This document shows, piece after piece, positions 18,456 to 26,835 of a stretch of DNA of 54,642 nucleotides. The first letter of the stretch is position 1; each line of letters opens with the position of its first letter. The stretch is from an uncultured virus (IMG/VR IMGVR_UViG_3300036791_001015). Taxonomy: Duplodnaviria > Heunggongvirae > Uroviricota > Caudoviricetes. The stretch is taken from IMG/VR virus record IMGVR_UViG_3300036791_001015; one strand, given 5' to 3'. Both the position numbers and the translations under genes were made by a program. A model generated the notes under the pieces. The model was not told the origin of the DNA. It made no database searches and saw only the letters and a list, made by a program, of their open reading frames with translations.

Positions 18456-18737
18456 ATGACCTCTAGCTTTATCGTGATCTGCCGCGACGATGTCCAGCAA
18501 GGACCTAACGGCACCATCCAGCCCGGTCCCTACATGCTGGCAACGCGGCAGGTCTTTGGCTCTGCCGCTGCGGCAGAGGACTACGCGCAAGGGATCGCGC
18601 GCGGGCGCAAGCCGATCGTGGTCGAAGGCCGTTGGGCAGAACTGCGACTGACGGCTAGCTGTCCGCGCGGCGGCGATTGCGAGCACGGTGCAGGATCGGA
18701 TTGTCCGTTCCGCCGCGTCTGCCTCGCGGAGGCATAA
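18456..18737 (+). CDS. Hypothetical protein
   Basis: GAGG RBS; Cys-rich C-terminus. Confidence 0.6.
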   Translation: MTSSFIVICRDDVQQGPNGTIQPGPYMLATRQVFGSAAAAEDYAQGIARGRKPIVVEGRWAELRLTASCPRGGDCEHGAGSDCPFRRVCLAEA

Positions 18738-18738
18738 A

Positions 18739-19074
18739 ATGACGCTGATCGAAGATTACGAAATGGTCAATCTTGCGCCTAAATTGACTGGGCTACCAAT
18801 GACTGTCCATGCCATGCCACGTGGGCGAAATCGCCATGATGTCCGACTTAAAGTGCATCGGGTACACGGTAATCGCATGATCGCCGATAACACCGCCGTG
18901 ATCGGCGTCCGCCCGGTGCCGCATTTGATCGAGAATGGCCTCAAGCCAAAAGATCAGATTAAGGTTTATCAATGGGCTGCATTAAACGAGCAGGCGCTGG
19001 TTGACTACTGGGAGGGACGGATCAACAGCCGCGAATTTCTCGATCAGTTACTGCTGCTGCCAGAGAGCACATAA
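18739..19074 (+). CDS. DUF4160-like hypothetical protein
   Basis: NLAPKLTGLPM...RHDVRLKV...WAALNEQALVDYW. Confidence 0.6.
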   Translation: MTLIEDYEMVNLAPKLTGLPMTVHAMPRGRNRHDVRLKVHRVHGNRMIADNTAVIGVRPVPHLIENGLKPKDQIKVYQWAALNEQALVDYWEGRINSREFLDQLLLLPEST

Positions 19075-19099
19075 CCGCAATATTTTTTTTGCCTGGAGG

Positions 19100-19161
19100 C
19101 TTGACATTCACTGATATATGCCCAATATGTAAGACAGAACGCGGGCAATGGTGTCCGGTTC
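19100..19161 (+). promoter_or_regulatory. Promoter plus conserved bulged hairpin (copy 3)
   Basis: CTTGAC-N17-CAATAT-N8-GAAC G CGGGCA ATGG TGTCCG GTTC. Confidence 0.8.
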
Positions 19162-19183
19162 CAACACGAAGGGAAATCCCTTA

Positions 19184-19954
19184 ATGTTCTCCACCGCAAA
19201 AAAGGTGGCGCTCACGTCCCAAGCTCCTGCCAAAGGCAAGCCGCAAAAGGCGCTCGATATGATCGAGGGCTGGGAACAACTGTGCGCGCTCGACGCGGTC
19301 AGCAAGGCGCTCGCCGGTCTGGTCGCGATCAAGAAGCAGACGATCGAGGACGGCCCCGTCACCGATCTTCTCATCACACGCGGTCTGGCGACCGGGCGCA
19401 AGCCTGAAAGCCTCTCGCCGGTCGAGGGAGACGGCAAAGGCTCAGCCTATATCGCCAAGCGCTCGACGCGGTCCGCGCTCAGCGAGGACGAGATCGCATT
19501 GCTGACCGAGACGGTCGGCGAGGACGCGGTCGAGACCTACGTCGAGACGGTCGAGGCCCAGCCAGCGCTGCTGGCAGTCAATCCGGCCTACGCCGACGAC
19601 GAGGCGTTGCTGCGGCGGATCGACAAGGCGCTCTCGGGTGTCAAGGGCATTCCGGAGGATTTTATCATCCAGACCGAGGCCCAGTCGAAGACGGTGGTAT
19701 CGGACGAGGCGGTCAACGCCATGTTCGCGCTGTCGCCCGAGAAGCTCGACGCGATCTTCGCGATCCTCGCTGGGATCAGCCTGCGGCCTGTCTTCGCCGG
19801 CGGTCTGGAAAAGGCTTGGGAGGTGGTGAAGCCTCTCATCCCCGAGGCCGAGAGCCTCCCCGAGAAGCCCAAGAGCCGCAAGGTCGCGCCGCCGACGCCA
19901 GTCGCGCGGAACCGGGCTGAACTGCGCGAGCAGTTCCGCAAGTCGGCGGGCTGA
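19184..19954 (+). CDS. Hypothetical protein
   Basis: 256 aa with strong GC3 bias. Confidence 0.8.
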   Translation: MFSTAKKVALTSQAPAKGKPQKALDMIEGWEQLCALDAVSKALAGLVAIKKQTIEDGPVTDLLITRGLATGRKPESLSPVEGDGKGSAYIAKRSTRSALSEDEIALLTETVGEDAVETYVETVEAQPALLAVNPAYADDEALLRRIDKALSGVKGIPEDFIIQTEAQSKTVVSDEAVNAMFALSPEKLDAIFAILAGISLRPVFAGGLEKAWEVVKPLIPEAESLPEKPKSRKVAPPTPVARNRAELREQFRKSAG

Positions 19955-20050
19955 CGAGACAAGCGAGCGGGGCGACTTCCTCCTTTCCAGGCTTGCCGGT
20001 GATCCTGCCTCCCCGCGCACCGGCTCTCCCTCCTACCGAAAGAAACTGCA

Positions 20051-20437
20051 ATGACTTCCCGCTTTTTTCTCGTGCTCACCGCGCTGCTCGCCTTCGCCTT
20101 GATGACCCAGATGATCCCCAAGGCGCACGCTCAACAGTCGCCTGCAACATCGGAGTTACAGGCGGAGAAACAAGCTATTCGCTCGTTTCGCGCACTGGGT
20201 ACCACCAAGCTGGCGTGCCTCTCCACCCGCAATGACGACAAGAATATCATCGAGACCTGCGGTCTCGATGATACCGATGTGCCGGGCTTCTTTGTCTACA
20301 TGGGCGATATGGGCCTGCGCTTCTTTGCTCCTTGGGTCGAGGCGCATTGCCACCGGACGGTCCTCAATATCCGCTGCGAATACAAGGGCTACTGGCAGGA
20401 ATTCGCCCAACGCCGCTGTGCGCTCTGCGGCGGATAA
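20051..20437 (+). CDS. Secreted Cys-containing protein
   Basis: Signal peptide ending AHA. Confidence 0.7.
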   Translation: MTSRFFLVLTALLAFALMTQMIPKAHAQQSPATSELQAEKQAIRSFRALGTTKLACLSTRNDDKNIIETCGLDDTDVPGFFVYMGDMGLRFFAPWVEAHCHRTVLNIRCEYKGYWQEFAQRRCALCGG

Positions 20438-20460
20438 AAAGCGTCTTCGGGCGCTTTTTT
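20436..20460 (+). terminator. Intrinsic terminator with a UUCG loop
   Basis: AAAAAGCGTC-TTCG-GGCGC-TTTTTT. Confidence 0.85.
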
Positions 20461-20473
20461 ATTTGTTCGCGCA

Positions 20474-20524
20474 CTTGACATATGGGTCTATATTCCCCAT
20501 ATCTAAGGGGAAGGAGAAATCACC
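20474..20524 (+). promoter_or_regulatory. Promoter-RBS cassette (copy 1)
   Basis: CTTGAC-N17-CCATAT-CTAAGGGGAAGGAGAAATC. Confidence 0.85.
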
Positions 20525-20716
20525 ATGAACGCAAAATTGACGATGGCCAAATTGATGAGCGCCGCCAAAGCCTCGGAGAAAGGCCCGGTCAGTTACGGCT
20601 TCTGCGTCGCCTGCGGCAAGAAGCACAGCGGCGTCGAGCCAGACGCGCGGAAATACCCGTGCAAGGGCTGCGGCAAGAACGCGGTCTATGGCGCGGAAGA
20701 ATTGCTGATGAGCTAG
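20525..20716 (+). CDS. Small Zn-ribbon protein
   Basis: CVAC...EPDA...CKGC. Confidence 0.8.
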   Translation: MNAKLTMAKLMSAAKASEKGPVSYGFCVACGKKHSGVEPDARKYPCKGCGKNAVYGAEELLMS

Positions 20717-20726
20717 GAGAGCTAAA

Positions 20727-20990
20727 ATGAACAAGCTTCTCGCCGCCGCCGCAATAGCGCTCTGCGCGCTCGCGGCCCCGACCACAGCGCATGCCTTTGC
20801 CTGCATGCCGCCCGATCCCGAATGCACCGGAAGCCATGTCACGCCGCTGCCGCACGTCGAGCCGTGCAAGTGGAACGGGACCGATTACGTCGTCAATTCG
20901 ACCTGCGTGATCCTGCCAAAACCGAGCACCCACAAATGTCCTGCTGGATATCGGTGGGTCGCTGAGATGAAGGCGTGCAACGGCGACTAA
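20727..20990 (+). CDS. Secreted Cys-rich protein
   Basis: Signal peptide ending AHA; six Cys in the mature part. Confidence 0.7.
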   Translation: MNKLLAAAAIALCALAAPTTAHAFACMPPDPECTGSHVTPLPHVEPCKWNGTDYVVNSTCVILPKPSTHKCPAGYRWVAEMKACNGD

Positions 20991-21006
20991 AAATTTTGCC
21001 TGCGCA

Positions 21007-21057
21007 CTTGACATCTGATGTGATGTTCCCTATATCTAAGGGGAAGGAGAAATCGCC
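21007..21057 (+). promoter_or_regulatory. Promoter-RBS cassette (copy 2)
   Basis: CTTGAC-N17-CTATAT-CTAAGGGGAAGGAGAAATC. Confidence 0.85.
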
Positions 21058-21294
21058 ATGAACATCCCGAAATACGTCGCTGAGAAAGCCCTGTCCTCCG
21101 GAAAATTCACCGCCGCCGAATTGGCGCTGATCGAGCCGGTGCTCTACCGGTACTGCTGCCCCGATTGGTCCGAGGACAGCTACGAAACCACATGGGGCTA
21201 CTTCCGGATCGTGCTGGCCTGTCTGACGCTGGCCGCCGGTAAAAAGCTCGATAAGCTCGACTGGGACAAGCTGATGGCTGATGTCCCGATGTAA
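21058..21294 (+). CDS. Hypothetical protein
   Basis: Directly after the cassette RBS. Confidence 0.7.
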   Translation: MNIPKYVAEKALSSGKFTAAELALIEPVLYRYCCPDWSEDSYETTWGYFRIVLACLTLAAGKKLDKLDWDKLMADVPM

Positions 21295-21307
21295 GGAGGA
21301 GCACACG

Positions 21308-21772
21308 ATGATCTACGTTCTGCCCAACACCCACATTTCCGCCGAAACTGCCTATGAGGTCCCAGACTACCCGTTTGGCTTCAAACTGCGCTGCACGATG
21401 CGCTACTGGATCGAATTCCAGCCCAAGAAGGGCTTCCGGCTGTGGATGCAGTCGAGCAATCCCAAGCGGCCCGGTACGTGGAACAAGCCGAAATCGGGCA
21501 CGTATTCGAAATTCGGCGCGGCGCTTTATCTCGATAATGACGGCCACGTGAAGTGCGCCGGGCTGTCGGAATACAGCAACGTCGAGGAATGCGAGGCCTT
21601 TGTCGATATGTACCTCGCGGGCGTCCCTGCGGCGGGCCAAAAAGTCACTAAGGCATGGCTGGCCGCGAAACAGGCCTACTACGTGCGGCAGACGAGGCCG
21701 ATCGATCCGGTCGCCGCCGCGCACGCCCACGTGGCCTTTGTCAAGACGATCGCCGCTGAGGAGGGATCATGA
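21308..21772 (+). CDS. Conserved phage hypothetical protein
   Basis: AAGGAGG RBS; DYPFGFKLRC...WNKPKSGTY. Confidence 0.75.
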   Translation: MIYVLPNTHISAETAYEVPDYPFGFKLRCTMRYWIEFQPKKGFRLWMQSSNPKRPGTWNKPKSGTYSKFGAALYLDNDGHVKCAGLSEYSNVEECEAFVDMYLAGVPAAGQKVTKAWLAAKQAYYVRQTRPIDPVAAAHAHVAFVKTIAAEEGS

Positions 21773-22008
21773 CGGAAGACACCCCCACTTCCGAACAGAA
21801 AAAACGAGCCGAATGGGATTTGCTGCTCGCCGATATTGAATACCGCCAGGAGCAACTACGACTGGCACGCCAGGATCATCGATGGAAGCCCTGGCAAATC
21901 GTGCTGCCGGTCGTTACTGGCGCGCTCACAGCGGGCGCAGCATTGTTCGCCGCTGGGGCCGCTTTTATGAAGCTATTCGGTGGCGGAGGAACAGCATGGC
22001 CAACATAA
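21769..22008 (+). CDS. Coiled-coil plus C-terminal TM protein (paralog B)
   Basis: ADIE, RWKPW, then a hydrophobic helix. Confidence 0.75.
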   Translation: MTEDTPTSEQKKRAEWDLLLADIEYRQEQLRLARQDHRWKPWQIVLPVVTGALTAGAALFAAGAAFMKLFGGGGTAWPT

Positions 22009-22010
22009 AA

Positions 22011-22038
22011 GCTCCGCCCTTTGGCGGAGTTTTTTTTT
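22011..22038 (+). terminator. Intrinsic terminator
   Basis: GCTCCGCC-CTTT-GGCGGAGT-TTTTTTTT. Confidence 0.85.
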
Positions 22039-22047
22039 GCCTGCCCA

Positions 22048-22098
22048 CTTGACATATAGCGCGATATGCCCCATATCTAAGGGGAAGGAGAAATCGAG
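22048..22098 (+). promoter_or_regulatory. Promoter-RBS cassette (copy 3)
   Basis: CTTGAC-N17-CCATAT-CTAAGGGGAAGGAGAAATC. Confidence 0.85.
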
Positions 22099-22293
22099 AT
22101 GGCCAACGTTGTTGTCAAGAAATCCGCCGCCGCCACTTGGTCCGTATCCGTGGAGGGCGTCGAGGCTGGGGTCGTTTCCTTCTTTTGGAAGGGCAGCAAG
22201 GGCGTCTTCTGCCACTCGCTGCTGGTCAAGCGGGGGGCAGTCTTCCCGTCGCTCAAGGCGGCGGTCGCCAGCATGGTGGAGATGGCGGCATGA
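22099..22293 (+). CDS. Hypothetical protein
   Basis: After the cassette RBS. Confidence 0.7.
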   Translation: MANVVVKKSAAATWSVSVEGVEAGVVSFFWKGSKGVFCHSLLVKRGAVFPSLKAAVASMVEMAA

Positions 22294-22496
22294 ACCCAAT
22301 CGAGGAACACATCCTAGAGGTAGCGGCGCGCCGCATCGTGCGCGCCCATGTCGAGGCGCGGCTCACCGGCTTCGACATCAAGAAAGTGCGCCGCGTCATC
22401 CAATCGCTGGTTAGGCGCAAGCTGCTTTATCAATGCGAGAAGCCCCTACGAAATTATTTCGGATCGGGCGAGGCCGGATATCGGAGGCTCCCGTGA
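22290..22496 (+). CDS. Small winged-helix-like hypothetical protein
   Basis: ATGA coupling; VRRVIQSLVRRKLL. Confidence 0.55.
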   Translation: MNPIEEHILEVAARRIVRAHVEARLTGFDIKKVRRVIQSLVRRKLLYQCEKPLRNYFGSGEAGYRRLP

Positions 22497-23134
22497 AATA
22501 CGACACTTACAAATATCTTTGGCCTCCACGGCCCGAAACCAAGATCGCGCCAACCGATCTAAAGGTGATCGAGGATATGGGCTGGTGGGGGCAGGCCAAG
22601 ATGAACGGGACGCTTTGCACGATCTATCAGCCCGCCTTCAAGGACCGCCAGAAGCCCTTTGCGATGGGGCGGCACGGCCCCGACAACATGCTCGCATGGC
22701 AACCGGGCGAGGCATGGCACTGTTTTGCCGACACGCTGGCCAACGGCTGGTACGTCTTTGTCGGCGAACTACTGCATGACAAGGGCGTCGGCGTGCGCAA
22801 CACGATCGTGCTGTTTGATCTGCTGGTCGAGGATGGCGAATATCTCGTCGGCATGCCTTATAGCGAGCGGTTCCACCGCCTCGCGCAGTTGCTCGCGATC
22901 TACCGCGATAATCCCCGCGTCGAGGCAACGCACAAGGAATATAACGAGGGAATATGGTTGATCCAGAACCACGCGCGGGCCTTCCGGCAATGGTTTGACG
23001 CGCCCGCGCCCGCGATGGTCGAGGGGCTGGTGTTCAAGCAGCGTGATGCCAAGCTGCGGCTGTGCAGCCGCGCAACCGCCAACAAGGGCTGGCAGGTTAA
23101 ATGCCGTCATCCCAAAGCCAATGTCTCGTTTTGA
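22493..23134 (+). CDS. ATP-dependent ligase / capping-type nucleotidyltransferase, adenylation domain only
   Basis: Motif I QAKMNG, III FVGEL, IIIa LFDLL, IV EGLVFK, V WQVKCR; GGAGG RBS plus GTG start. Confidence 0.8.
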   Translation: MKYDTYKYLWPPRPETKIAPTDLKVIEDMGWWGQAKMNGTLCTIYQPAFKDRQKPFAMGRHGPDNMLAWQPGEAWHCFADTLANGWYVFVGELLHDKGVGVRNTIVLFDLLVEDGEYLVGMPYSERFHRLAQLLAIYRDNPRVEATHKEYNEGIWLIQNHARAFRQWFDAPAPAMVEGLVFKQRDAKLRLCSRATANKGWQVKCRHPKANVSF

Positions 23135-23147
23135 GGAGCATGCTGAA

Positions 23148-23270
23148 ATGCTAATGATCGCTGGGGGCATCCTCATCGCCTTCGCCGTCATGGGCGCGCT
23201 GCGGCACATCGGTGCCGTCGCGTTTGTGATCCTCCTGCTGCTAGCGCTTGGCCACTGTTCTGGGAGCTAA
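23148..23270 (+). CDS. Small membrane protein
   Basis: GAGGAG RBS; two hydrophobic stretches. Confidence 0.5.
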   Translation: MLMIAGGILIAFAVMGALRHIGAVAFVILLLLALGHCSGS

Positions 23271-23433
23271 CTCCATGCCGCGCATCCATCCCGCCGTGTT
23301 GAACATGGCTTACGCCACAATGGACCAGAAATCGCGCCGCTGTTGGTGCTGGCCCGTGGTCGCGATCGTTTGCGCCGCGTTTGCGTACCTACTGTTTATG
23401 CGTGTTCTGGCCCATCCATAACAAGGAGCGACC

Positions 23434-23622
23434 ATGCCGTTAGACGCAACCAATATCGACATCGTCCACGCGGCCCAGCGCTGCGTCGAGGAGTGGCTCA
23501 ATCATCTGTGCTACCTCGATCCCAAGGACGAGCGCTTTGCCCCTTCGCTGGCCTCCTACCGCGACGCCATCAAGCTGCGCAACCGGCTGGAGCGCAAGCT
23601 GACGATCCGGAGAGCACGATGA
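23434..23622 (+). CDS. Hypothetical protein
   Basis: AAGGAG RBS. Confidence 0.65.
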   Translation: MPLDATNIDIVHAAQRCVEEWLNHLCYLDPKDERFAPSLASYRDAIKLRNRLERKLTIRRAR

Positions 23623-23891
23623 CAATGCGGGTGCAAAAGAAGCAATGCAAGACCTGCATCTTCCGATCAGATGTCTGGCCCCCCGAGCGACTGGCCGAGC
23701 TTCTCGACCAAATCCGCGATCCAAAGATGGACGGGTTCTTTGACGGCTATCGTCTCTGCCACCATTCCAACGACGCGGTGTGCGCCGGTTTTTGGGCACG
23801 ACACAAGGATGACTTTGCCTTGGGGCAGATCGCCCAACGGCTCGCCTTTGTCGAATTTGTAGAGGATACCGAGCGAGACGATACCGATTGA
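23619..23891 (+). CDS. Zn-binding hypothetical protein
   Basis: CKTCIFR...CHH...CAGF. Confidence 0.7.
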   Translation: MTMRVQKKQCKTCIFRSDVWPPERLAELLDQIRDPKMDGFFDGYRLCHHSNDAVCAGFWARHKDDFALGQIAQRLAFVEFVEDTERDDTD

Positions 23892-23897
23892 ACAGCC

Positions 23898-23926
23898 CTT
23901 TACTTTGGCAGAATTAAGCCCTATAT
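23898..23926 (+). promoter_or_regulatory. Sigma70-type promoter
   Basis: CTTTAC-N17-CTATAT. Confidence 0.6.
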
Positions 23927-24133
23927 GTAAGATGCTATGAAACCAACATGGAAAACCCACCGCACGTGGGTGCCCAAAGATCAGCGTCCGGAGCGCCTAC
24001 AGCGCTCCCCAGTGGGACTGGAACTGCTCAAGCTTGGGCACACGCGGGCGCGCAGCGCCAAGCACTACAGCCGCAAGGGAGCGCAAGCGAGGTATATAGC
24101 TAGCGAACACGATTTCGCAGAAAGGAATAATTA

Positions 24134-25183
24134 ATGAGCACCGATCCACGCACAGAAGCCCTTTTAAAGAAGGGTGCCTACAAGTTTCAGTATGTGGCCA
24201 AGGAGCCGTTCACCAATATCGATCTTCCGGCAAGCGAGATCAATCCAGCGCGGCTCAACCGCAAAATCGATATCTTGACGGTGAACCAGTATGGCTGCGC
24301 GATGCTCGATGGCGCGGTCTTCCCCGCCATCGTGCTGTTGCGCCAAGACCGCGCGAAGCATATCGTCGCGACGGGCATGCACCGGATTAAAGCGGCGCTC
24401 GACATCAAGAAAGACTGGTTCGACGCCTATATCGTTACCGAGACAGATCAATTCCGCTGCGACGCGCTGATCCGCCTGCTCAATAGCATCGAGGGGCGCG
24501 GTGACACCGTTAGGGACCAGTTGCGCCATGTCGTCTCGCTTCATGAGATATACCCCAAGCACTCGTTGGCTGAGCTTGCGACGATGTTTAATCTTACCAA
24601 GGGCACCGTTCTAAATTCTTGGAACGAGCATCAGGGCATTCAACGCGCCAGCCGTCTCGGCTTCGACTTTGAGGGATCGCAGCGCCAGCCGCAAAACACG
24701 ATTGTGGCGCTAAACACGATCGGCAGTGATCTTGTCTATGTCAAAGCTGCCGAATTTGTCGTTCACTTCGATGTGCCCGGCAGCGAAGTCACCGAGATCG
24801 TCAAAGAGCTAAAGGAAGTGCGGCATCAGGGAGAAGGTGCCGAGATCAAGATCGTCCAGAAGCATCACGATATTGCCGAAGAGCGCTATCATCGGGCAAA
24901 GCTGCGCACCGGCAAGACCAAGTCAACCGAATGCGTCAAGTTTATCGGCAAGTGTAAGGCACTCAGCCGCCTCGTCCGCCGTGGTATCGAGCACTTGCAC
25001 CTATCGGCTCTGGGCATCTCGAATTATCCAGATGCTCTTGTCTCACTTGAAGATGCGATGGACAATTTGGCAAAGGTCAAGGCTGAGATCGAACGTATCC
25101 AACGGCTGTCAGCATCGGCACCGGGCGGATCAGGCGGTAGCGGGGGATCAGGTGTACCGATCGCCGCCGCGCCGCGCTCGTAA
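24134..25183 (+). CDS. ParB/Srx-like N-terminal domain protein
   Basis: AMLDGAVFPAIVL...IVATGMHRIKAA (ParB GxHR motif), followed by an HTH-like segment. Confidence 0.7.
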   Translation: MSTDPRTEALLKKGAYKFQYVAKEPFTNIDLPASEINPARLNRKIDILTVNQYGCAMLDGAVFPAIVLLRQDRAKHIVATGMHRIKAALDIKKDWFDAYIVTETDQFRCDALIRLLNSIEGRGDTVRDQLRHVVSLHEIYPKHSLAELATMFNLTKGTVLNSWNEHQGIQRASRLGFDFEGSQRQPQNTIVALNTIGSDLVYVKAAEFVVHFDVPGSEVTEIVKELKEVRHQGEGAEIKIVQKHHDIAEERYHRAKLRTGKTKSTECVKFIGKCKALSRLVRRGIEHLHLSALGISNYPDALVSLEDAMDNLAKVKAEIERIQRLSASAPGGSGGSGGSGVPIAAAPRS

Positions 25184-25198
25184 CATGGTATTCTTCCT

Positions 25199-26308
25199 AT
25201 GCCTTTGAGTTGGCGACAGAAATGCGTTGAGCGCTTAGCATCAGACCCAACAAACTGGTTACGTTTATCTGAGGTCTTTGCCGAAGTCGAACGGGATATT
25301 CCCGTTCACTACGCTATGCGCAGGCAGCGTAGACCGACCAACGATGTCGGTCTCAATACCGCGCGTTGGCGCATGTTCCTGTCCCATGTTAGCCCGCTCG
25401 TCGAGCGGCGGGCTTGCTCTGGGGACACGTTTTGGCGGGCGCTGCGTACTGATCTGGTGCGCTTGCTTCCCGAAAAGGAACCCTGTGAGGCTTGTGGTGG
25501 GGCACGCTATCTCACTTCGTGGGGAAATAAGCGCGGGCGCGGGAGTGGCCGGGCCTATGCTTGTCTAAATTGCTCGAAGCCGCAGTCGATTGAACCAATA
25601 ATTATAGAGTGGATTGATCCGGCTATACTAATTGAACCTACAGTGGCCAAGCCGCTACCTAAGCCTCTACTTAGACTTATCCCACCCACACAGGCAATTG
25701 CGCCTAAATCTCCACCTAAGCCGCAGCCTAGCCTGAGGAGGATAACCGCTACAGTACCTGAAAGGCCAACAAAGCATTTTATAGAATTGGCATTTTTGAG
25801 TACTTATGATGAGATTTGGAAAGAATGTGTGTTTCGCTGTATGGCTCCCAAATTTCAAAATGAACCTAAGATGGTTAGAAAACTGCATCGTGCATTAGAA
25901 GCGGGTTTGGTTGATGAATTTTTCCGCCTTAATACTGCTGGGGATAGGTTTACGGAAGTTAATACAGTTATCGCAGATGTGCAGTGGAAATCAATATCTC
26001 CGGAGAAGTATATATTTGACTTGTCCAAGATTAATCTTTCCGTATTTGATAATCGTGGGGTAGAATGGGCAGCACATGCCTTAACGATACAACAACGAAA
26101 GCGTGGGGAGGATCACTTTATCGGTGCCTACGCTTTTGGTTGCGCGACCATTTTTGCTATGGCTACAGCGCAGAGGCTTCCAGTTATTGTTAATGTGATT
26201 GAGAAGCTGGTGCCTAAGCCTAAACCACGACAACCAGCAAGGACTTCCTGGCTTGCTCCTATGCGGGCAAAGGCCAGGAACGTATTAAGTAGATATCGCA
26301 ATCGGTAA
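25199..26308 (+). CDS. Hypothetical protein (Zn ribbon, Pro linker, AT-rich C-terminal domain)
   Basis: 369 aa; CEAC...CLNC. Confidence 0.65.
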   Translation: MPLSWRQKCVERLASDPTNWLRLSEVFAEVERDIPVHYAMRRQRRPTNDVGLNTARWRMFLSHVSPLVERRACSGDTFWRALRTDLVRLLPEKEPCEACGGARYLTSWGNKRGRGSGRAYACLNCSKPQSIEPIIIEWIDPAILIEPTVAKPLPKPLLRLIPPTQAIAPKSPPKPQPSLRRITATVPERPTKHFIELAFLSTYDEIWKECVFRCMAPKFQNEPKMVRKLHRALEAGLVDEFFRLNTAGDRFTEVNTVIADVQWKSISPEKYIFDLSKINLSVFDNRGVEWAAHALTIQQRKRGEDHFIGAYAFGCATIFAMATAQRLPVIVNVIEKLVPKPKPRQPARTSWLAPMRAKARNVLSRYRNR

Positions 26309-26330
26309 CAACGACAAAAAAGGCCTCTTG

Positions 26331-26573
26331 ATGAAAAACATACTGGACAAGCGGATTTTGAAATCGCGGTCATCCTGCCTCTGGCGGTTGAAGCGGATGC
26401 GGGAACTCGACGCGCCGCTCAACGTCCTGCGGACCGAGCAGATGTATCTCTGGGCGGTCCGCCAATGGTTCAAGACCGGCACGCGGGTAGCACCATTCGA
26501 CATACCGGGCTTTCAAGCGAACTATCAAAAATTCGTCCTGATCCACCATGCCGATACAAAATTTCCCTCTTGA
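26331..26573 (+). CDS. Hypothetical protein
   Basis: 80-aa ORF in operon orientation. Confidence 0.5.
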   Translation: MKNILDKRILKSRSSCLWRLKRMRELDAPLNVLRTEQMYLWAVRQWFKTGTRVAPFDIPGFQANYQKFVLIHHADTKFPS

Positions 26574-26619
26574 ATTATGAGGTAGTACACCCTATATATA
26601 TCATGCGGGAGGCCTCCGC
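26569..26619 (+). promoter_or_regulatory. Promoter with a short leader hairpin
   Basis: CTTGAA-N17-CTATAT-N7-GCGGGAGGCCTCCGC. Confidence 0.7.
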
Positions 26620-26755
26620 TCCAGATCAGACGAGCTAGCAGAAAGGCGGGTAGCGACAGATGAAAAAACCGAGATCGGCAATGCCGATCATCCCAATCCC
26701 CTCCACCGGCCCGCATGGCACGCTCCTGCGGGCCTTGGCGTATATAAAATTTCCT

Positions 26756-26816
26756 CTTGAATTACGCAGGAAGATGCCCTATATATAAAGCGGACACGGG
26801 AAATGGTTTCCGGTCC
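26756..26816 (+). promoter_or_regulatory. Promoter plus conserved bulged hairpin (copy 4)
   Basis: CTTGAA-N17-CTATAT-N7-GGAC A CGGGAA ATGG TTTCCG GTCC. Confidence 0.85.
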
Positions 26817-26835
26817 CAGCAAGGAATAAGCGGTT

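Noticed and set aside
20474..22098. Repeats as a CRISPR array
   Set aside because: Spacing of 500-1000 nt with genes in between; the repeats are promoter/RBS sequences
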